64,000 nucleotides of DNA from a virus: IMG/VR virus record IMGVR_UViG_3300043446_002688. The stretch is one strand, 5' to 3'. The notes beneath the pieces were generated by a model. It had not been told where the DNA came from, searched no databases, and saw only the letters and a program-made list of their open reading frames with translations. Below, one piece after another: positions 56,812 through 64,000 of the stretch (position 1 is the stretch's first letter; each line of letters begins with the position of its first letter). The position numbers and the translations under genes are program-made.

Positions 56812-59487
56812 ATGTCAATCACCCAATTACAACCGTTTAACTTAGATAGCACCAAAGACTATTCATTAGCAAACGTTAGTGCTAATAATATTGTTGCGAC
56901 AGGAAATATTACTTTTTCTGGTGCAAGTGTTTCTTTGGGTGGTGTGGCCAATCTACACATTACTGGTGGTAGTACAGGTCAATTACTACAAACAGATGGT
57001 GCAGGCAATTTAACATTCGTAGATAATCCATCTAGCACATCATCATCAGCAGGTGTGTATGCGAACGGTGCTTTTGTACAAGCTAATGCAGCATACGCAC
57101 AAGCAAACACAGCAACCAATAATGCTTCTGGTGCATCGTTATATGCTAATGGTGCTTTTATACAGGCAAACTCAGCATACGCATCACAAAATGTAACTGG
57201 CACATATGCTAATGCAGCATATACACAAGCAAACACAGCAACCAATAATGCTGCAGGTGCTTCTTTATATGCTAACGGTGCATTTATTGCCGCAAATACA
57301 AATGCAACCAATATCACTGCGTTGCAAGGTGTAAACCTAACACAGAACACAAACATAACTGTTGCAAATACAAATGCAATAGGTGCAGGACTGTATGCCA
57401 ATGCAGCATTTATACAGGCCAATGCAGCATTTGAATTTGCAAATGCATTATCGGGTGGTACCGCAACAGACGGACTGGCAAGAGCAACTGCAACTGCTGC
57501 ATTGACTGCTGCAAATGCGGCATACAATCAAGCCAATACAGCCACCACAAATGCCGCAACAGCAGACTCTAAGGCTGTTACTGCTGGTTCTTATGCCAAC
57601 TCAGCATACACACAGGCAAATACTGCAACAGCATATGCCACTTCAGCAGGTTCATATGCTAACGCAGCCTTTACTGCTGCGAACAATGCAGGTTCAAGTA
57701 CAACAGTTGTTGCAGCTTTCTTGCAGGCAAATGCGGCATTCATACAAGCCAATAGTGCATATGATTTGGCAGGTACAGCAAATATCGTTGCAACAATTGC
57801 TGATTCTAAGGCAGTAACATCTGGTTCGTATGCCAACTCGGCATTTATTCATGCAAATGCAGCGTTTGCCTTTGCAAATACAATTGTAAGTGACACACAA
57901 ATTGATCCTTTTGCGAGAACCAATTCTAATGCGGCTTTTGATAAGGCAAATACAGCAACCAATAATGCCGCTGGTGCTTCGTTATATGCTAATGGTGCCT
58001 TTATTCAGGCAAATACAGCAACCACAAATGCATCTGTCGCTGACGGTAAAGCAGTAACTGCTGGTTCATATGCCAATTCTGCATACACTCAAGCAAATAC
58101 AGCCACAACCAATGCGTTGGCCGCCAGTTCTTATGCCAACTCAGCGTTCTTGCAGGCCAACACAGCAACTACTAACGCTGCGACTGCTGACGGTAAGGCA
58201 GTAACTGCTGGTTCATATGCCAACTCTGCTTATACTCAGGCCAACACAGCAACTACTAACGCTGCGACTGCTGACGGTAAAGCAGTAACTGCTGGAAGTT
58301 ATGCTAACTCAGCATATACACAGGCTAATACTGTTACAACAAATGCATTGGCAGCCAGTTCATATGCCAATTCAGCATTCTTGCAGGCAAATACAGCAAC
58401 CACCAATGCAGCAACAGCAGACGGCAAAGCAACTTCTGCCGGTGTATATTCCAACGGCGCCTTTATACAAGCCAATACAGCAACCACCAATGCAGCAACA
58501 GCAGACGGCAAAGCAACTTCTGCCGGTGTATATGCCAACGGTGCATTTATACAATCCAATTCTTCATTCTCAACTGCCAATTCTAAGACATTTGTTTTCT
58601 ATCAGAATACGGCACCATCTACAGCCAATGTAAGAGACTCGTGGATCAATAGTGATACAGGTATAAAGTATGAGAACCTTAGTGGTACAACTCCAGTATG
58701 GGTTGAATTAGGACCAACAACAGCAGTTTCAGAATCACCAATTGCACAGGCAGCATTTGATAAAGCAAACACAGCAATCACCACATCAGGTGGTTCAATT
58801 ACTGGTACATTAAACGTTGCATACACACCTGCAAGTGCAGTAGGTACAGCATTAACAGTAAGAGCGGCCAACACAATTGGTGGTACTGGTTACGCCGATG
58901 TTTTGAAGTTTACAAACAGTTCTGGTGGAGCAACCAATACAAATAAAACTATTCGTATGAATAATTTGGGTGCTTTAGAAATTATTAACAGTGCATACAC
59001 ATCATCGTTGTTATTAATACAAGACAACGGTGATACAACCTTTGGTGGTAACGTAACAATTAATGGTATCAGTTCAGGTTATTCACCCAATCGTCCAGCA
59101 TTCCGTGTTGTCGGTGGTGGAACAACTAACATCACTGCAACAAACACACTAACAAGCAGTAACTTTACAGTTGACTACAATCAAGGAAGTTACTTAAACA
59201 CTTCTACTGGTATATTCACTGCACCCGTTGCTGGTCTATATCAAATTGGTCTTGTTGCAAGATTTTCTGGTTCCGCTAGCATAGCAGCCATTCAAGTACA
59301 AAAGACAAGTGGTGGAACCACCACCACACAAGTGTATCTAGAATGGGCAGGTAATTCAACAGCTTATCACATGGGTGGTGCCGGTATTGCCAAGTTGGCA
59401 GTAGGCGATACACTTAAACTGGTTGTTACAAGTGGTACAGTTACTTTTGACTCCAATGATAGTTGGTCTGTGGCATACATTGGCTAA
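56812..59487 (+). CDS. Fibre with ANxA repeats and a C-terminal C1q-like domain
   Basis: RPAFRV...VDYNQGSYLNTSTGIFTAPVAGLYQI...L.VGDTL...SWSVAYIG; CTAAATA upstream at about 56781. Confidence 0.8.
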   Translation: MSITQLQPFNLDSTKDYSLANVSANNIVATGNITFSGASVSLGGVANLHITGGSTGQLLQTDGAGNLTFVDNPSSTSSSAGVYANGAFVQANAAYAQANTATNNASGASLYANGAFIQANSAYASQNVTGTYANAAYTQANTATNNAAGASLYANGAFIAANTNATNITALQGVNLTQNTNITVANTNAIGAGLYANAAFIQANAAFEFANALSGGTATDGLARATATAALTAANAAYNQANTATTNAATADSKAVTAGSYANSAYTQANTATAYATSAGSYANAAFTAANNAGSSTTVVAAFLQANAAFIQANSAYDLAGTANIVATIADSKAVTSGSYANSAFIHANAAFAFANTIVSDTQIDPFARTNSNAAFDKANTATNNAAGASLYANGAFIQANTATTNASVADGKAVTAGSYANSAYTQANTATTNALAASSYANSAFLQANTATTNAATADGKAVTAGSYANSAYTQANTATTNAATADGKAVTAGSYANSAYTQANTVTTNALAASSYANSAFLQANTATTNAATADGKATSAGVYSNGAFIQANTATTNAATADGKATSAGVYANGAFIQSNSSFSTANSKTFVFYQNTAPSTANVRDSWINSDTGIKYENLSGTTPVWVELGPTTAVSESPIAQAAFDKANTAITTSGGSITGTLNVAYTPASAVGTALTVRAANTIGGTGYADVLKFTNSSGGATNTNKTIRMNNLGALEIINSAYTSSLLLIQDNGDTTFGGNVTINGISSGYSPNRPAFRVVGGGTTNITATNTLTSSNFTVDYNQGSYLNTSTGIFTAPVAGLYQIGLVARFSGSASIAAIQVQKTSGGTTTTQVYLEWAGNSTAYHMGGAGIAKLAVGDTLKLVVTSGTVTFDSNDSWSVAYIG
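57940..58560 (+). repeat. Coding tandem array of 84-bp (28-aa) and 63-bp (21-aa) units
   Basis: 44-nt identity at 58153/58237 and 60-nt identity at 58390/58474, both with 84-nt period. Confidence 0.9.
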
Positions 59488-59521
59488 ATAGATAAGAAGA
59501 AAATAAAAAGAGTACTCAATA

Positions 59522-62185
59522 ATGGCATTAAGTTTTCCAGTATCACCGTCACTAAACCAAACATACACGGTAGGTTCAAAAACATGGACATGGAATGGTT
59601 CTGCATGGTCTTTACTTGCAGTAACAGGAACATCATCAGATAGTACCGCAAGACAATCAGCATCAGATGCGGCAAACACAGCTGCAGCTGCATTTACTCA
59701 AGCCAATACCGCAGTTTCTAATGCTGCAGGTGCATCACTATATGCTAACGCAGCTTTCTTGGCAGCTAACGCCGCAGGTTCTTCTGCAACAGTTACAGCT
59801 GCATTTTTACAAGCCAATGCAGCATTCAATCAGGCCAATACATCAATCTCCAATGATATTGGTAATGGCCTTTATGCCAACGGTGCCTTCATACAAGCAA
59901 ATGCTGCATATACATTAGCCAACTCAACATCTTTGCGTACAGATGCTGCGTTCATTCAGGCCAACTCAGCATTTACTGCCGCAAATATTGGTAAAACATT
60001 TGTACAATCAGGTGGTACAATCACTGGTACTGTTACAATTTCACAAAACTTAAACGTAACTGGTAACCTTACCATTGGTGGTAACTCTACAACCATTTCT
60101 TCAAATAATTTATCATTAACAGATTCTTTATTGTATCTTGCAGACGGAAATTCTGGCAATACTATTGATATTGGTTTGGTTGGTGCATTTACACAAGGTA
60201 GATATCAACATACCGGTGTTGTTCGTGACCACCTAGACGGCCGTTGGAAGTTTTTCAGTAATGTTGTTGCAGAACCAGTAACAACAGTAGATTTTGCAAA
60301 CGCACAATATGATATTATTAAATCTGGTGGTCTTGAAACCGTAGGTTCAATAAACATTGGTACCGTGGCCTTCGTTGGTTCAAATACAGGCAGTGCATTA
60401 GGTGGTGCAACTAACCCAATCATCGGTTCTTTGGGCAGTTCATCAGGTTATATTCAATCTTATATCTACAACACAGCCAACGGCACATCATCTTCTGCCG
60501 ACTTAGTGGCATATCCAAACAATGGTGCTGACACCAGTGGTTGGATTGATATGGGTATCACATCCAATAACTTCACAGATGCAACCTATAATGTAACTGG
60601 TCGTAATGAAGGTTATGTATTCATGTCAGCACCAAGTGGTGCACAAACATCCGGTAACTTAATTCTAGCAACAGATTCTACTGGTGTACACAATGCGGTT
60701 GAAGTATATGTTGGTGGTTTTGCACAAGGTAAAACTAACCCAGCATTGTTGATTAATAACACAACATTTAAGACAACAAAACCAATTGTTTTTGTAGATA
60801 ACACATTACAAAATACTGCTGCGGCACCATATACATTTACAAATGCCAGTTTCACCACAGCCAATACTGCATTAACAACAGCAACTTCAGCTGGTGTGTA
60901 TGCTAACGGTGCTTTTATTCAGGCAAATACAGCCACAACCAACGCCGCAACGGCAAATACTAATGCTGCAACAGCAGATAGTAAAGCTGTTACAGCTGGA
61001 AATTATGCTAACTCTGCATACTCTCAGGCAAATACAGCAACCACTAATGCTGCAACTGCGGATAGTAAAGCGGTAACTGCTGGTTCATATGCTAATGGTG
61101 CCTTTATTCAGGCAAATACTGCAACCACTAATGCTGCGACTGCTGATGGTAAGGCAGTAACTGCTGGTTCATATGCTAATAGTGCTTATGTACAAGCCAA
61201 TACTGCAACCACTAATGCATCAACGGCAGATAGTAAAGCGGTAACTGCTGGATCATATGCCAACTCGGCATATCTACAAGCAAACACAGCCACAACCAAT
61301 GCAGCAACAGCCGATTCTAAGGCAGTATCAGCGGGTTCATATGCTAACTCAGCATTTGGTGTTGCTAATACTGCCACAAATAATGCCGCTGGTGCATCAT
61401 TGTATGCCAATGGTGCATTTACGCAAGCCAATACTGGTGTAACAAACGCAGCAACGGCAGATAGTAAAGCGGTAACTGCTGGTTCTTATGCCAACTCTGC
61501 CTATCTCCAAGCAAATACCGCTACAAGTAATGCATCCGTTGCAGATGGCAAAGCAGTAATAGCAGGTCAATATGCTAACTCGGCATTTACTGTTGCGAAT
61601 AATGCCTTCACAAATGCAGAAGCAGCAAGTTCTTATGCTAACTCAGCATTCTTGGCCGCCAACAACGCAGGATCTTCAACGACAGTTGTTGCCGCTTTCT
61701 TACAAGCAAACGCAGCATTCATACAGGCTAATGCCGCTTATGCACAAGCAAATACAGGCGGTTCAGGTACAGATTCTTGGGCAAGAACACAGGCCAATGC
61801 GGCCTTCATACAAGCAAATGCTGCATTTGCACAGGCAAACACCGGCGGCGGTATAAGTGGTGGCAATTCAACATTTGTAACTAGAAATTATACTGCTGAT
61901 GGTACAACAACTAATTACACTGTAACAGCAAATACGAATGTCAATAATGTTATTGTCACCGAAAATGGTGTTGTTCAGACACCAACAACAGACTATACGA
62001 TTTCAGGAACAACATTATCGTTTGTTGGAGGAGCACCTGTTAGTGGTGTAAAAATTCAAATTAGAGAGATTGGTGCTTCAGAGGATAGCTTTGCAAGAAC
62101 ACAAGCCAACTCAGCATATGCAAAAGCAAACACTGGAACAACATTAGGTAAAGCTATTGCCATGACAATAGTATTCGGAGGATAA
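59522..62185 (+). CDS. Fibre with ANxA repeats
   Basis: MALSFP.SP.LNQTYT...WTWNGSAW N-terminus; ends GKAIAMTIVFGG; CTAAATA upstream at about 59484. Confidence 0.8.
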   Translation: MALSFPVSPSLNQTYTVGSKTWTWNGSAWSLLAVTGTSSDSTARQSASDAANTAAAAFTQANTAVSNAAGASLYANAAFLAANAAGSSATVTAAFLQANAAFNQANTSISNDIGNGLYANGAFIQANAAYTLANSTSLRTDAAFIQANSAFTAANIGKTFVQSGGTITGTVTISQNLNVTGNLTIGGNSTTISSNNLSLTDSLLYLADGNSGNTIDIGLVGAFTQGRYQHTGVVRDHLDGRWKFFSNVVAEPVTTVDFANAQYDIIKSGGLETVGSINIGTVAFVGSNTGSALGGATNPIIGSLGSSSGYIQSYIYNTANGTSSSADLVAYPNNGADTSGWIDMGITSNNFTDATYNVTGRNEGYVFMSAPSGAQTSGNLILATDSTGVHNAVEVYVGGFAQGKTNPALLINNTTFKTTKPIVFVDNTLQNTAAAPYTFTNASFTTANTALTTATSAGVYANGAFIQANTATTNAATANTNAATADSKAVTAGNYANSAYSQANTATTNAATADSKAVTAGSYANGAFIQANTATTNAATADGKAVTAGSYANSAYVQANTATTNASTADSKAVTAGSYANSAYLQANTATTNAATADSKAVSAGSYANSAFGVANTATNNAAGASLYANGAFTQANTGVTNAATADSKAVTAGSYANSAYLQANTATSNASVADGKAVIAGQYANSAFTVANNAFTNAEAASSYANSAFLAANNAGSSTTVVAAFLQANAAFIQANAAYAQANTGGSGTDSWARTQANAAFIQANAAFAQANTGGGISGGNSTFVTRNYTADGTTTNYTVTANTNVNNVIVTENGVVQTPTTDYTISGTTLSFVGGAPVSGVKIQIREIGASEDSFARTQANSAYAKANTGTTLGKAIAMTIVFGG
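60880..61600 (+). repeat. Second array of 28-aa TATTNAATADSKAVTAGSYANSAY.QAN units
   Basis: gatagtaaagcggtaactgctgg recurs; same unit as 57.9-58.6 kb. Confidence 0.85.
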
Positions 62186-62189
62186 TTAA

Positions 62190-62552
62190 ATGGCTCAAAT
62201 GAACGTAGTAAATGTATCTACAATTTATGGCAATACAAACGGTATGGTCGTTTCGACTGTGCCCACATCAATAGTTACAAATCCCGCAAACAGCAATTCG
62301 GTTTACAAGATAAATAGTCTTGTGGTATCCAATATCTCTGGTACAGGTGCAGCGAGTGTTACTGTTGATGTGTATAAAAATCAATCAACAGCCTATCGTT
62401 TATCGTATCAAGTATCGGTTGCCGCAAATACATCATTCACACCGATTGATAAAGGTCTGATTATGTATTTACAAGAAAACGATTCAATTAGATTGACTGC
62501 AAGTGCAAATAGTTTCTTGGAGGCAGTCTGTTCATACGAGGCTATTAGTTAA
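62190..62552 (+). CDS. 120-aa fibre-associated adaptor-like protein
   Basis: NVVNVSTIYG, NSVYKINSLVVSN, IDK...YLQENDSI, VCSYEAIS. Confidence 0.75.
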   Translation: MAQMNVVNVSTIYGNTNGMVVSTVPTSIVTNPANSNSVYKINSLVVSNISGTGAASVTVDVYKNQSTAYRLSYQVSVAANTSFTPIDKGLIMYLQENDSIRLTASANSFLEAVCSYEAIS

Positions 62553-64000
62553 TGTACAATTCTGGTCGCAGAGGTAAAAGAGCAAATGATGGATATGGTA
62601 TACTTTCTCAGGCTGATAGATTTAATCAGACAGAATATCCAATACCAATCGTCACTTCGTTTGCCGTAACAGATGGTTCATATGTACCACTAGATGATAC
62701 CGCAGCATCTACTGCTGGCGGACAAACTATCGTTGTATATGGATCCGGTTTTGCACCAGGAGCCACCATTATGGTCGGTGGAACCACAATAAGTTCTGTA
62801 ACATACTTAGACCAGGGTAGATTAACCTTTACTTCTCCTGCAAATACATCTGGTAGTTATACTATTATTGTTATAAACGCAAATGGTGGTACCGGTATTT
62901 TGGTACCAGGACTTGTATATTCTGGCGTACCAACATGGTCAACATCGGCGGGTTCTGTTGGTTCAGTATATGAAAGAACAAGTGTAAGTTCAACTTTTGT
63001 GGCCACAGGTGATGCACCTGTAACATATAGTATTTTGTCTGGTAGTCTGCCACCAGGAACAACATTGTCTACAACAGGCGTGTTGTCTGGTTCTGCTCCA
63101 GCAGAATCTGGTTCTACAACATACTCATTTACTATTCGTGCAACTGACGGACAATTACAAGATTCAGACCGTTCATTCAGTCTGACAATCAACACAGATG
63201 TGGTTTCTTGGTCTAGTCCAACAAACAACCAAGTCATATCTAGTTATGAATATACACCAATTTCAAATGTAACCGCCTCAGCAACATCTGCAGCTGGTTA
63301 TGGTGTGGTCTATTCCGCAAACGCAGTACCAACTGGCATCAATTTAAATGCGTCAAGTGGTGTAATTTCCGGTACAGTAAATACTGTTGGTAATACATAC
63401 ACAAGACTAACAGCAACTGCAAACACAACAACAAGAACTGCAATCCGTGATGTAGTATTCAATATTAACTCCGATGTGGTTACATGGAATACACCTGCAA
63501 ACAATTATGTAATTAGTGCATATGAGTATTCTGCCATTTCTAATGTTACCGCAAATGCAACCAGTGCTGCTGGATTTGGTGTACTTTATTCAGCGAACAC
63601 AACACCAACCGGTATCACATTAGATGCAAACACTGGTTTAATTTCTGGTACACCAACAACAGTTGGCAATACATATGCATTATTGACTGCAACAGCCAAT
63701 ACAACAACTCGTTCAAATACAAGAAACATTATTTATAATGTTAATCAAGATTTAGTGACATGGAGTTCACCAGCTGACCAAACTGCATATTCGTTACAAG
63801 GTGGTTCTCCAATAGCTAACGTAACATTAAGTGCAACTAGTGCAGCAGGCAGAACAATCACATACACAGCCAATGCTTTACCTTCAGGTTTGGCAATTAG
63901 TGGTAGTGTTATTTACGGAACTCCAGATACAGCACAGACAGTTACAACACTATTGACTGCAACAGCAAATACAACTAATAGAACTGCAACAAGAACAATC
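62552..64000 (+). CDS. IPT/TIG plus tandem putative-Ig-domain virion protein, 3'-truncated (not in the ORF track)
   Basis: TAATG-coupled ATG 62552, open to the window end; GGQTIVVYGSGF, LPPGTTLSTTGVLSG, PTGINLNASSGVISGT repeats. Confidence 0.85.
   Translation, partial: MYNSGRRGKRANDGYGILSQADRFNQTEYPIPIVTSFAVTDGSYVPLDDTAASTAGGQTIVVYGSGFAPGATIMVGGTTISSVTYLDQGRLTFTSPANTSGSYTIIVINANGGTGILVPGLVYSGVPTWSTSAGSVGSVYERTSVSSTFVATGDAPVTYSILSGSLPPGTTLSTTGVLSGSAPAESGSTTYSFTIRATDGQLQDSDRSFSLTINTDVVSWSSPTNNQVISSYEYTPISNVTASATSAAGYGVVYSANAVPTGINLNASSGVISGTVNTVGNTYTRLTATANTTTRTAIRDVVFNINSDVVTWNTPANNYVISAYEYSAISNVTANATSAAGFGVLYSANTTPTGITLDANTGLISGTPTTVGNTYALLTATANTTTRSNTRNIIYNVNQDLVTWSSPADQTAYSLQGGSPIANVTLSATSAAGRTITYTANALPSGLAISGSVIYGTPDTAQTVTTLLTATANTTNRTATRTI

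Noticed and set aside
57940-61600. CRISPR-like array
   Set aside because: Units are in-frame coding repeats (63/84 nt) without unique spacers; no cas operon
43122-63504. Many Ala/Val-rich or Met/Gln/His-rich alternate-frame and antisense ORFs
   Set aside because: By-products of GCN/AAY-rich repeat coding on the main frame; no SD or motifs
42868-64000. Diversity-generating retroelement acting on fibre tips
   Set aside because: No reverse transcriptase and no template/variable repeat pair differing mainly at adenines seen; cannot be excluded outside the window
1-64000. Stop-codon reassignment
   Set aside because: Core genes are full length in the standard code and TAA, TGA and TAG all end genes

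Overview
A 64-kb segment of a large T4-like myovirus genome (Caudoviricetes, AT-rich, standard genetic code). No integrase, CRISPR array or reverse transcriptase is visible. 1-15.9 kb (+): accessory and DNA-metabolism genes (metallophosphoesterase, NAD-dependent epimerase, DenV-family protein, PhoH, PD-(D/E)XK exonuclease, SleB-type hydrolase, gp33, gp59, HAD nucleotidase, gp32) with two antisense free-standing homing endonucleases. This part also carries a complete circularly permuted two-piece tmRNA (tag ANDESYRIAA); a GIY-YIG gene follows it, and a diverged second copy of the tmRNA 3' end lies on the far side of that gene. 15.9-21.9 kb (-): two paralogous tape-measure-like genes, a gp26/gp51-like pair joined by a candidate -1 frameshift (U-UUU-UUC with GGAGG 10 nt upstream), a tube-like gene, gp2 and gp4. 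21.9-64 kb (+): baseplate genes (gp48, 53, hub, split gp5, 25, 6, 7, 8, DUF4815-like), then a long array of modular fibres built from Ala/Asn heptad repeats plus Gly-rich, C1q and Ig-like tip proteins. A Gram-negative proteobacterial host is inferred from the ANDE-type tag and a secreted beta-barrel gene. All family assignments come from motif recognition by eye, not database searches.
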